From: Rhina ancylostomus
Lineage: Eukaryota
Assembly: GCA_030265395.1 (NCBI GenBank)
Contig: JARFYF010000055.1
Location: 18,098,483 to 18,162,482, forward strand
Direction of reading: 5' to 3'
Length of the DNA: 64,000 bases
A program made the position numbers and the translations under genes. The notes below the pieces were generated by a model that saw only the letters and a list, made by a program, of their open reading frames with translations, did no database searches and was not told the DNA's origin. Positions 49,701 to 62,417 of the stretch are shown in pieces; positions within the stretch are counted from its first letter, which is position 1; each line of letters opens with the position of its first letter.

Positions 49701-52700
49701 AAGTGCCTGGCACCCAAGATGAACAGAAAGAATAGCCCCAGTCCCAAGACCCCAAAGGACACACTTTTGTAGCTGACTTGGAAAGATGATCAGGCAGTCC
49801 ACAAAAGAAGGCTAATGATTATGCAGAGGGAAATGCCTGGTATACTGTCAGACCTGCCAGAATGCACACATGAAATCTCAAGGAGCATTGAAAACTTCAG
49901 TTTCAACTTCGCACCAAGCTTTGCAGAGTCTGAAATTCAGTCTTCCCAGTATGGAAGTGGTGGCCAGCTCCATTTCAGCGGACTCAACTGGTATCTGTTG
50001 TGTGATAGCCGCATTAACCCAACCCCACTTCCTCATAGTCAACACCATTCACCCAAAAACTGGCAAGTAATTGATAATTCATTTAAGTACTTCATTTGAA
50101 AGGTCCATACTGAATTCTCCATGCAAATTGAATACATGGCCTTAGTTGCATAGATGACATTCAATTTGGCATCTCTGCTGTTAGATCGGCCTTACACAGC
50201 AACTAGTGTCATGGTCTTCCTACTCTGCATACTTCTAAAAAGCTCTAGTATCATAACAACTGCCAATAGAGCAGTTGGCATGAGAATACTAAAAATGAGT
50301 TTGCCCGCATTGAATATAAAATTTTAGCCAAATCAATACCTGTACACCCAAAGGGTGATACAGAGCACACTTTTATGGACAATGATTATTCTTTAAGTGG
50401 GATAGGGATTCATTCTTTAAAGGATGATTACAATGACAGAGGTTATAAGTTTCTCGGAAGTTAAAGAAATAAATTTTTGGTGTAATTTTGTATTTCTAAC
50501 CAACTGTGGTTAATTTCTTGATCATACACTTTCTAAAATAATATCCTGCAAGTGTTTATTCTAAAGCTAGTGAGATAGCGACAGATGACAGCCTTTGATC
50601 GTTATTTCTCAGGAGGGGAACACACACATTCACACAGTTGTACATCACCTGTTTCTCATATTTCAGTGTTCTCTACTTTACTTCTTGTTTTTATTCTGAA
50701 ACAAATAGAAAAAATGTATTATTTTGAAAAGTACCCACAGGTGTCAGTGAAGAAGGATAGTGGGAACCTGGAACTGCTTTCTTCCAGAAACCTGCAGATC
50801 AAATGAAACTTTCAAAATCGAGCATTAAGAACAGAGGCGTTATGAGAGATAAGTTATGTATAACTTATCCTTCAGCTGATAAGAAGAAAAATAGAGAGGG
50901 TTTGGGTCTTTGAATCTCACCAAAAAAACAAACAATACTGTATGCCTGCCATCTTACCTCCCCAGGTTAACCTTGCAATTACAGGACAGCAGAATAAAAT
51001 GAGAACCATACAGGAAGCAGAAAGGTTGAGGAAAGGTAGGATTCTGAGACCCTTTTGAAAGGGCTAGGGGGTGTCCCTCAAAGAATACTGCTGAATCTGG
51101 AGCAGAGAGTGCTGGCGACAAGCTGGAGGAATGCAGGTTGTTTGTTGGAATCTATGTCTCAAGGAACCAATGATAGACAGTGAGATCATGGAATAATTTG
51201 AAAGTGTGACAAGGATCATTGAACTAATTTACTGGGGCACAGAGTGTACTATATTCAGTGAATTTTTTTGTTTAAGTTATTAATACAAATTATTATTGAG
51301 GAAAATGGCTTGCATAACCAAAATTTATTTGAGTGAAAGTACCATCATTGGCTTGTTATCTAGTTAAACTTTATGTGTTACTCCAAGCTTCGGCTTATTG
51401 TAGGGCATAATTATATACCATGGTTGATTTAAGGAGCGTAATTTANNNNNNNNNNNNNNNNNNNNNNNNNNNNNNNNNNNNNNNNNNNNNNNNNNNNNNN
51501 NNNNNNNNNNNNNNNNNNNNNNNNNNNNNNNNNNNNNNNNNNNNNTAATAACTATTGTACAAAGGACTGTACATAAAGGATGAAAACTTGAAGGAGGTTG
51601 GTAAATAAATATTACTCATAGATAATTTTCAAATGTTACTGATATTAAGACATTTTTAAAGTAGTCGAATGTCCTTTCTCAGATTCAAAGAAAATCAGGA
51701 GTTATCTTTGGGAGCGGGATTTATTTTGCTTTTTTAAATTGCCTAAATGCCTCAATTATTGCAATGTTTTTCATTAAAGAACTTCAGAATTCATTTGTGT
51801 AGCACTGTGTACTAAATTTGAGCAATTTTTAAAAGATAAATTAATTTGGACCTGAAGTGTTGGTCTTGTTAATAAATGTGAGGCCCATTCAACCTGGAGT
51901 CTGATTGGATCACTGGGTTCAGTGATGTTGACAAGTATGTTAACACTCTCTTTGGCCAACATACAATGGGGGTAGTGGAGTGTAGGGGTGGTGTGAATGC
52001 GCTGGTCTAAGGCACTTTATAAGGGAACCCTTTACCATTTTGTTCCTCTGGGCTGAATTTTTCTCCAGCTGTCGACTTGATTAATTGCTGTTCAAAATGG
52101 AAGTATGAATGTGGGCATCAGCTGAAAAGTGTAGAAAATAACTTGTTTGAACATCAAGTTTGAGAGTTTCCGCATAATCAGTTGCTGTTTTGTCCAATGC
52201 AGAGGATAGAGATCAGTTAAAGATCTTCCAAATAACTGATAAATCATGTTTGTTCAAAAATAACTGACACGTACACCCTTCTTTTCCTTTAGAAAAATTT
52301 ACCTAAGCAGCAAAAGATTTAAACAGAGATCACTGGATAGTCAAACATCAATTTAGAAAATAGCAAAAACAAACTCAGCACATAAAAGTGTGCATAGCTT
52401 ATTAGCTTGCTCAATGCACAATTCACATGTTTACATCATACTGTCTCATTGACATCCTTGCCGAATATGTTAAAACTTGTTTTCTCATTAGTAGTGTTAC
52501 AAGCAATACCAAAGGTGCCAGTCTTGCACATTCATTCGTAACCATCCTAAGTTGCAGCTGTGAAATTCACGAAAATGAAATTCACTTTGACAGACAGAGT
52601 TGACCAGCAGTCATCCCACAGCAGTCAACAGAGTTAGTATTAATTTGCCTATTTTATATTTCTATGATAAATAATTAATTGCACATTTTAAGCAGGGAGG

Positions 52701-54494
52701 TGCCACTCATCTATAGAGCTGTGACATAGGTTTCATCTTACAAACGCTGGTATAAACATTGGGCTATATCCATATAAATATTCATGTTACTTAATATGTT
52801 ATATCATCTCTTTATATAAATCTAGCAATGTACCAAATCATTAATAGTGAAAGAATGGATTGCTACAGTGGAATAAATTAGGACATTTTTTTTCTTTGTT
52901 TAAAATTTGGAAACATTGAGGTTTACTCTTTATATCACTTTCAAGACCATTAGGGGGTGTAGGTATTCACTACCTACGCTGAAAATTGATGAAGGGTGGC
53001 CTTCAACTTAACACCCTTTGAAAATACCCTTGCATAGGACAGAACTTATCTTTTAATGCTAATGGAAGAGTGGATGGAAAAGGAAATAAAAGTTTGACTT
53101 CCAGGTGTTTTTCCCTGGAAAACAAAGACTAAAATGTCAAAACTACTTTAATGGGCTCGATAACCGCTGCACCACAATGTTTGGTTGTTGGTTTGGTTAA
53201 TTGGTGTAGAATGTTCAAAAATATGTGACAATGGTTTTGAGACTCTCACAGTGCCGTTATTTTCATATTTCTTTTACAAGGTAATAATTCTGATGCTACT
53301 TATTTTTCTATAATTATGATAGGAACATCCTTTGTTTGAGACAACTTGTCAGTCAAGATTTTTTCTCATCACTAAGCCATTTTCCTTAGCAACTGCTACT
53401 TCTGCTATCACTGAAAACACTTTGATATTGATTTTTTTTTTAAACTTGGCATACAGGCAATGGTAGTTGGCTTTTTTGGTAGTTCTTTTTTCCCTTTTCC
53501 ATTATTATCACAGTAAAACACATTGCAGCAATTCTGCATTTCGATTACAAAATTGGAAAATGAGATCATGGAATTATTTGGAGCAAGGACAATGATTGTC
53601 CAATTAATTTACAGGGGCACATGGAGCATTATAATCACTGAATATCGTTCCTTAAGATGTAGATACAAAAAGGGCAGAGGACATATCCCTGATGTCCTAG
53701 ACATTAGTTATCCCTCAACCAACATCTTAAAAATAGATTAACTTACCACATTAGTGGGAGCTTGCTCTATATCCAACAATGACTGCATTTATTTCAGAAA
53801 TATTTGGTCATAAAAGATGCTTTATAAATGCAGGGCTTCCTTTCTATAGTATCTTAAAAGCCAATGACCTTCAATATGCAGCCTGCTTTTCTTTTATCTT
53901 GATTTTTTTTATCAAAACAGCAATAATATTGATTTGTTGTACAAGCAATTCAACCAAGAAGAATGTTCAACTAATAATAAAAGCTGGTCTCAGGGAAAAT
54001 ACATTCAAATCAGTCCTGTTGTAATTGGCTGTTCATCTTCTGCTGGGCCTTTCCCCCCTGCTCCATCCTTTGCCTCCTGTACATGCACTGACCCTAGTGC
54101 AGTCAGCAGCATGTCAAAAATTGCAGCAACAAACTGTTAGATCTTCCCTTGTAAGATGCCTTCCATAAAAGTGTTGGAGAGTTTTATCCACGTTGATGTT
54201 CCTGTTTGTGGATTTAGGTCTCACCGAGGGCATGGTTTGATAGTGGATTCCTTAATGATATGTTGTCTTGCATGTTTCCCTCCTGCCTGCTGACAAACTC
54301 TACACTATGTTGTAAAAGATTCCAGTCATCTCAGAGCTTTGCATTTTACAAGATTGTTGAAGGAGAATTTCCTTTCTTCCTACTTCCACTCCTTTTCCAC
54401 CAATGCATCAACCAGAGTGGGGGTTCCTCATAAAGTCCTAGGTCTACAGTTCTTGAATAACTTGAATCATGGTCATGTTATCACACTCTGTTAT

Positions 54495-54790
54495 CGCAGC
54501 ACTATCTCTATATAAGACTATGAACAGTTCCCTTATACGATGAGATGGACTNNNNNNNNNNNNNNNNNNNNNNNNNNNNNNNNNNNNNNNNNNNNNNNNN
54601 NNNNNNNNNNNNNNNNNNNNNNNNNNNNNNNNNNNNNACTGTTATTGTTTTTATCTGTACTACATCAATGCACTCTGTACTAACCCAATGTAACTGCACT
54701 GTGTAATGAATTGATCTGTACAATTGGTGTGCAAGACAAGTTTTTCACCGTACCTCGGTACAAGTGACAATAATAAACCAATACCAATCA
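54495..54790 (+). mobile_element. Rex1/Babar-type 3' UTR spanning a gap
   Basis: ATAAGACTATGAAC...GATGGACT...TACCTCGGTACAAGTGACAATAATAAACCAATACCAAT; same family as 2440-2695. Confidence 0.85.
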
Positions 54791-54829
54791 GGCACCTGCT
54801 ATGAAAAGTTGTGGGTTTGCTACTGGTAT

Positions 54830-55080
54830 TTAGAGTCATACAGCCCAGAAACAGGCCCTATGGCCCATCATGCCCATGGTGGTTTTCAAGTACCTAAATC
54901 CCAAGTACACTAATCCCATTTACCAGCACTTCAGTGCCTTAGGGATTCAAGTGATTGTTCAAATACTACTTAAATACTGTGAGGGCACCTGCCTCCAACA
55001 CCCCTTCAGGCAAGGCATTCCACAGACCAACCATGATCTGGGTGCAAAAAAATTCTTCCTCAGGTCCCTTCAAAACTTTT
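54830..55080 (-). mobile_element. CR1 3' tail
   Basis: AGAGTCATACAGC..AGAAACAGGCCC...TGCCTCCAACACCCCTTCAGGC. Confidence 0.7.
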
Positions 55081-55109
55081 ACTTTCAGAATCAGCCTGAC
55101 TCAATAGAA

Positions 55110-55556
55110 GGAAGGACTTGCATTTATATGGCATCACTCCTGTTCCATCCAGAATATCCCAGCATTCTTAACAGCTGATATAGCACTTGTCGGTCACATT
55201 CATGCTTGCAATGTAGGAGGTATAGTAACTAATGTGTGAATAACAAGCACTCAGAAATGTTTAGTTGATAATGACCCAATAATCTACTTTAGTGTAATTG
55301 ACTGAGGGATAAGTATTAGCCAAAAAAAATCTCTGCTCCTCTTAAACATTGTGAGATGGGATGATGCTTTGTATCAAGTTCAAAGAACAAACATGGTCTT
55401 GGACTGAAATACAGCAATGCTGACAATGTAGCACTCCCTCAAAATTGCATAGGAGGATCAGCCTAGATTTTTGAACACAAGTCATTGGAATGCTATCTGA
55501 ACCCCTAGCCTACTGTTTCACAGGTGAGAGCATGACCAAGTGAACTATACTTGACA
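55110..55556 (-). mobile_element. Deu-domain SINE
   Basis: ACTTGCATTTATATGGCA...TGAGGGATAAGTATTAGCC...GTAGCACTCCCTCA...TCAGCCTAGATT. Confidence 0.65.
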
Positions 55557-55945
55557 GCAACGTTACCTCTTGGTCAAAAGACAGTGGGTTCAAGCCCAGC
55601 TCCAGGAGTTTAATAGATAAATCCAGACTGATGCTTCACTGTAACATTAAGGCAGCAATGCCATCTTACAAGTGAACAGCTAAAACTGAAAATTTATCAC
55701 TTTGATTGGATTTAAAAGGTCCTCTGGTACAATTCAAATAAAACAGCAAGTTCTCCAAATTTCCTGACCAATGTAGATACAGTCCTTGTCATTTAATTCA
55801 TTGTTTTTGTGGGTCTTTGCGTGAATCAGCTGCTGCTTGCCCACAAAACAATGATGATTACACTTCAAAAAACATTCACTGACAATGAAGCACTCTGAGA
55901 CAACCTGAGGTTATGAAAGTCAACATATCAATGGAATTTCTTTTC
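55557..55945 (+). mobile_element. Deu-domain SINE, head-to-head with the previous copy
   Basis: GTGGGTTCAAGCCC..CTCCAG (B-box), AATCCAGACTGA and CACTTCAAAA..CATTCACTG...CCTGAGGTTATGAAAG. Confidence 0.55.
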
Positions 55946-56319
55946 AAACAGCAAACACTGTTAGGAAAAATATGGTGAATGTCTAGACAGTGAATTTACA
56001 TAGAGTAATCAGTTCAATTACAGTTATTTTATTAGCAGATCATAAAATTAGACAATGCTTAATTAATGCTAACAAATAAAAATTACTTTTGGTAATGCAT
56101 ACTTAATGAGTGTATCAGCTCTAACACAGAGGAAGTTAAATTCCTTAATGAGCAGTTGACAAAAGGACATCCATCAGGGTCTCTAACCATGACAATGATT
56201 GGATTATCCATATTCTTGATTTTCAAACTTGCCACCATGAACTATAACATAAATTGTGCCTCGTGAAATATGTTCAGTCTAGATCTGGGATGCAGTAACA
56301 GCTTCACTAGAGCAAAGTA

Positions 56320-57110
56320 TACAGTAAATGGCAAAATCCTGAGGAGTACTGATGTACAGAGGGATCTCAGGGTCCAAGTCCATGCTTGCCTTCGTCATTG
56401 AGTATAAAAGTTGAGGGACATTGAGTATAAAAGTTGGGAAGTCATATTGCGACTGTATAAGACTTTGGCTAGTATTGTGTGCAGTCTGGTCACCACAGGA
56501 AGGATGTGAAGGCTCTGGAGAAGGTACGCAAGACATTCATCAGGACGTTGCCTGGACTGGAGTGTATTAGTTATAAGGAGAGGTTGGACAAACTTGGATT
56601 GTTTTTNNNNNNNNNNNNNNNNNNNNNNNNNNNNNNNNNNNNNNNNNNNNNNNNNNNNNNNNNNNNNNNNNNNNNNNNNNNNNNNNNNNNNNNNNNNNNN
56701 NNNNNNTGGGGGGGGGGGGGCAGTGACCTGATAGAGGTATATAAAAGTGTCAAAAAAAATGAGAGGCATAGATAAGGTAGATAGAGTCTTTTTCCCAAGT
56801 TTGAAATTTTAAATGCTAGAGAACATCAGTTTTGGGTGAGAGGGGGAAAGTTTTAAAGGAGATTACAAGGCAAGCTTTTTTATACAAAAGTGGTAGATGC
56901 CTAGAACCCACTGCCAGGGAAGATGATAGAAACAGATATAATAGCAATGTTTCAGAGGCATTTAGACAGACACATGAACAGGCAGGGTATTGAGGGATAC
57001 AGATAATGTACAGGCAAATGGGATTAGTTTAATTTCACGTCATCATCAGTGCAGACATGGTGGGCTGAAGGGCCTGATTCTGTGCTGCTCTGTTCTATGT
57101 TTCCATGTTC
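56320..57110 (+). mobile_element. CR1 LINE 3' fragment
   Basis: RKDVKALEKVRKTFIRTLPGLECISYKERLDKLGLF and DLIEVYK, with CR1 tail. Confidence 0.9.
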
Positions 57111-58242
57111 TTTGTTCGCTGGTTAAAAAAGTAACCAGTTATTTACTAGTTTATGTCCTTGTTAATTAAGACACTGAGGAAAGTTAGCATAAGGTAACAA
57201 AATGTGTGGAGATGAGTACAACTAGTGGTCACAACTCTCACAGGTTTTTAGCATCAGTGAAAAAAGGTGAATTTCACTCCTTGGTGTTAACAGTTAGTTC
57301 ACGATGGCTGCCAGTGGCATTTGACTTTCAGTCGACTATCATAATGCGTTTAATGTATTACCACTGATCATTTTGTAGGTCTTTTCCTCAGTGACATCCT
57401 GAGGATGATATAAAAAAGTGGTTGCTAAATGCAATTCAATGTGATTCTTAGTGACAAAATGAATTTCTTGGGATCTTATCCAAAAACTTATTTATTTTTC
57501 CAACAGAATAAACCTTTCTGTTAGAAAACACAGCTGCCTAGAAATTGGATCAAGTGGCAGTACACTCTTGTATACAGCTCAATTCAATTTAAATGAAAAT
57601 AAGATGTAATGGAATATTGGTGATAAACTTTGTGATTTTCTTTTGAGGTCCTCTCTGCTTCCTTGTGGCTCCAAGGGACTCTGACTGAGCAGGTCTCAGT
57701 CCAGCTCTGGGAACCTGCTCACCTTGGTCCACTTTAAGTCATTTCCTAATCCAGCTCTCCCTTGGGACCCTCTGCCCTGCCCTCACCCACAATAGTGGCC
57801 TCCAGCTTTTGATTGGCTCAGCAACTGTATCTAGCAATTAGCCACAACTCTCCCCACAATACTCCCAATCCATAACACCCCAGAGCTTGACCTGACCACT
57901 GAATTCCTTGGCATGCTGCACAATGTTGGAAAGGTTTGTGATACTTTAAAGCCTATTCACTGGCACACCCTTCCTTCAGCCCCACATGCTGCTGAGTTCC
58001 CCAGCAACAGTCTTCAAATTAAGTGTGAACCAACTGTTGAAAGCATCAAAACAGGGACCTTCTAATTTCAGGCAGTGTTCATTTGTAACTGTTGATGGTT
58101 ATCAATAGTTGTTTATTTTATTTCTTAATGGATGCTTATGATNNNNNNNNNNNNNNNNNNNNNNNNNNNNNNNNNNNNNNNNNNNNNNNNNNNNNNNNNN
58201 NNNNNNNNNNNNNNNNNNNNNNNNNNNNNNNNNNNNNNNNNN

Positions 58243-58493
58243 GGAGATGTGCGGGGCAAGTTTTTTACACAGAGAGCGGTGGGTGCCTGGACCGGGCTGC
58301 CAGGGGTGGGGGTGGAGGCAGATACGATAGAGGGATTTAAGAGGCTCTTAGATAGGCATGTGAATGTGCAGAGAATGGGGGATATGGACCATGTGCAGGC
58401 AGAAGGGATTAAGTGTCATTAGCTTAATTGGTTCAGCACAACATCGTGGGCAGAAGGGCCTGTTCCTGTCCTGTACTGTTCTGTGTTCTATGT
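58243..58493 (+). mobile_element. CR1 3' end
   Basis: GDVRGKFFTQRAVGAW...FKRLLDRH, tail CTGTACTGTTCTGTGTTCTATG. Confidence 0.9.
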
Positions 58494-59404
58494 TGGGGCT
58501 GCTTTTCAAAAAGAGCCCTAGAATTGGCCATTGTCCAATGAATCCTATCTGGGTGGGTACTTGATCTATTTCTGTTTTCCAGGGCTGTTGCCAAAATGAT
58601 TCATGCATCCCCTGGGGGCATCTCTGCGATCAGAGCAACTGCTGTGCTTCAGTAGGTGGCTTTATAGGGTTCTGGCAGAGCTTCGACACAGTTCAAGTTG
58701 GCCAACATTCACTGGAATTTATAGGAGGCAATCTCTTTGAAACATTCAAGATTTGACAGAGATTGACAAGGCAGATGCTGAGAGGTTATTTCCAAGAATT
58801 AGGGAGCATGATCTCAATATTTGTGCTTGGGAGATATTTCTTTGATCAACATTGTAAACCTTTATGCTTAGAAATTCTTTGCCATGTGCAACAAAAGCAC
58901 CTTTCCCCAGGTTCAGTTGGGTGAATTAGATTGTCCATTTCTGTGCGCTATTCACATTGGTGTGTTTGGCATATTTCCAGCCTCAGTCACAAACTTCGTG
59001 ATGTCACCAGTCAGGCAACACCCATTTCTGCCATTACCAACATAAACTGAAGTTCATAGATGCATTCCATGACCTTTATTGATCACTCACAATATAAATA
59101 AGTGTAGATCGCTCCGTTATTTGCATTTATGTCTATTTAATGGGGCACTCTGCTTACATTGGACGACCTGACTGAGCAGATTTAGAACTCAATGAAGCTG
59201 ATCAAACACCTTCCATAGTCCATGTCCATACACTGTCCTCAGGAACTACGAAAACTGAGTTCTGTTTAGAGACATAATTTTGTACCAGAGATTTCTATTG
59301 ATATTGACCGTACTGCAATAATTTATTTGGGTAGCTGCTGTAAAGACTTTTTGGAGAAACAGCTACCATTTACTTGAAGGCACCCTGGGCCTTGCATTCT
59401 TGTG

Positions 59405-59713
59405 GATCATGGAGCACAGAAACAGGCTTATCAACCCATTGTGTTCACCACAAGCATCAAGCACCCATTTTCATTAATCCTATTTTATTCTCCCCACAAC
59501 TGCCCCCAGATTCTACCACTCATCTACATGCTAGGAGCAATTTACAGCACCCAAAAAACCTATCAACCCACATGCCTTTAGGATCTGAGAGGGAAACCCA
59601 CACAGACACAGGGAGTATGTGCAAGGTCTACACACACAACACTGGAGCTCAGGACTGAACCCCAGTCGCCGGAGCTGTGAGGCAGCAGCTTTAATAGCTG
59701 TGTCACTGTGCCA
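59405..59713 (-). mobile_element. V-domain SINE
   Basis: GAAACCCACACAGACACAGGGAG..GTGCAAG...ACTGAACCCAG..CTGTGAGGCAGCAGC. Confidence 0.8.
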
Positions 59714-60599
59714 TCAAACTTGGCACCCAAAAGAAATGTAACAATGGGACAGCAGGATAGGTAATAGGTTAAAACTTGAGACAACAATTTTAAATCTATT
59801 TTTTGAGGTTGTCAGTTATAAAAGACTACTTGATGTGTTTGTTTATGGCTATGATACAACCAAAGTAATAATCAGGATCACAATAGAGAATGCAGGCATT
59901 GGGGACTTATGAAATGATGATATTTCTAACAATCATTAATATTTCCTTCTTTTGCCAATAAAAATGCTATTGTGCAATTATATTTTGCAACTGCTTTAGT
60001 GTTGGAACCGTAACTAAAATGATAGTGCTTGATATTCAGATATGGAACTTAAGTGATTTTCAAATCTCTACCATTTGAGTCATTCTCTACGTACTGAGTA
60101 ACTGCTCTATGTATTATTCATCAGCCGTCTCTGGGAACGTGGAAGGATTTTCAGTTTCAGTCACATTAAATTTTTAACATTAACATTTTTGAACTTCTAG
60201 AACAGAAACAGTTCACAAATTCCAGTGAAACTTTTTCATAAAGAGTCCTTCTTCCAAGTACGCCTAGAAACTGAAATTCGTTTTGAGCAAAAATGGCAAA
60301 CAAGTGATTAAAATTGCCTGATCACTTTAAATTAAATTGGGTAAGATGTATAATTGGCAACCCAATCACAAGTATTGTAGCTGCTGAGGTTTACCCAAGG
60401 CGTGATTATTGCAAACTTTTTCCAAGATTAAGATTGTCTTTTTCTAATTCTTTACTTTTTAATCAGTGCATGCTTTCCTAAGGGTGGTGTTTACTGTGCA
60501 GCAGTGCCTTGTATTAATGAGTAGTCATTGCTTGTGATCTCAGCAGTAGATGCAGTTAGGCAACCTGGCCTTTGAGCATTGGCCTACAATCATATATAT

Positions 60600-60735
60600 A
60601 TACAAGAGACTGCAGATGCTGGAAATCTGGACCAACACACAAAAGTACTGGAGGAACTCAATGGGTCAGGCTGCTTTTCCCTCCACAGATGCTGCCTGAC
60701 CCTATAACTTCCTCCAGCACTTTGCATTTTGCTAC
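60600..60735. mobile_element. Penelope-derived palindromic element
   Basis: AGACTGCAGATGCTGGAAATCTGG...GGAGGAACTCAATGGGTCAGGC...ATGCTGCCTGACCC...TTCCTCCAGCAC. Confidence 0.75.
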
Positions 60736-61639
60736 AATCATATGTATGTTGTTTCCTATTAGGATTAGTCAATAGGAGGGGCCTGTGCTGAAGTTTTATG
60801 CAGCTCAAGGGCTCCAAGATTATTATAGTCCCAGCACTAGTTTACATGACATANNNNNNNNNNNNNNNTGCTAAGTCTGTGTTCCTCAGTACTCTCTGCA
60901 TCCTGTTTCAAATAAATCAGTGGATGACATCATCTAGCATGAGCTCAAGGTTTCTACCCCTTGCTCTACCAGTGTACTGGAATGTATTAGCAAGCTTCAA
61001 ATCTCTATGCAACTCCAGAAATGAAACAGATCCCGTGAAAGCTTTAAGAAAAATGTAAGATAAAGGAAAAGGAATTCTGGATACAATCAGTGGTGCTTAA
61101 ACATAAACTCACATTTTAAGTAATACCATACTGAATAATAAATTCCTTTCAAGAATTTTCAAGAAGCAATCAAAAAGGTTTCATCTACACTTAAAAAGAA
61201 TGCTTCATCCAAGAATGGATCAGTAGAATTCTATAGAGGGTGTATATCTGTTAGGAAGTCAGAAGGAGTGATGGGCAGTCCCAGGTAAGAGTTTAAGTCA
61301 GAGGCCAGGCAGATTTTAATTAACAGGCCCTATTTCAATTGCATAGAAAATTGTTAAGCTACTTTTGCTGGAAAGGAGCAGCAGATTTGGATGGCTGACC
61401 CTGCACATCAAAGGGCCAAGTCTTTCTTCAGGGCACCATCGGATCACTCCTTTTGCTCTGGGCACCATCGGGGAAATGTTTATTTAACCTTACCTTTCTG
61501 ACTGTTTTAACCATCGTGGCAATCTCAGTGGACACCCTGTAAGAGTGGGAACAAATGGCATTCGGAGTCCCGTGTGTATCAATTGACCCCAATTTGCATT
61601 GGTTGTTGAGACTGCAGCTGGACATANNNNNNNNNNTGG

Positions 61640-62417
61640 ATTTCCTATAACTACAGATTGGGAGGCAGGGGATGATGAGTGGAATACTGTGGAGATCAGG
61701 GCTTAGGCTTGAGCTTTCAACAATTTTGCTGAGGGGGCCACATATCACGTTTCCGAGATAACACAAAACTAGGTGGAATGGTGAGAAGGAAGGAGGATGA
61801 AAAGAGGCTTCAGAAGGATGAGGACAAGCTGAGTGAGTAGGTGAGTGCATGAGAGGTGGAATATAATGTGGAAAGGTGGAAGGTTGTCCACTTTGGTGTA
61901 CAACCAGCAAGGCAGATTTTATGTTAAATAATGAGAAGTTAATGTTGACGTTAAATAAACATGACTTGACTTGACAAAGGGACCTAGGGTATCTGTGTAT
62001 GTAAGTCACAGAAATCAAACATGAAAGGATGGTAAGTGAATAACAAGGCAAATGGTATGTTGGCATTTATTATGAGAGGATTTGAGTACAGGAGTAAAAG
62101 TGACTTACTGCAATTATGTAGGGTCTTGGTGAGACTGCTCCTGGAGTACTGTGGTCACTTTACCTCAAGAAAAGAGGTCCTTACCAAAGAGGGAGTGCAG
62201 CATTAGACTAGTTCCAGGAATGGTTGGCTTGCCATATGAGAACAGATTGAAGAGACTTGGCCTGTGTTCTCTGCAGTGTAGAAGAATGAGAGATGATCTC
62301 ATTGAAACTTACAAAATTCTTACAGGTTTCAACAGGCTGGGCATGGGAAAATTATTTTTCCTGGCTCAGGGGTATAGAAGCAGAGAATTTAGGACTGGGA
62401 AGAGGAGAAACTTCTTC
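61640..62417 (+). mobile_element. Old CR1 ORF2 fragment, resumes at 63547-63770 after the Rex1 insertion
   Basis: [29 protein letters not shown]...RRNFF, then ATGCAGAGGGTGG at 63547. Confidence 0.8.
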
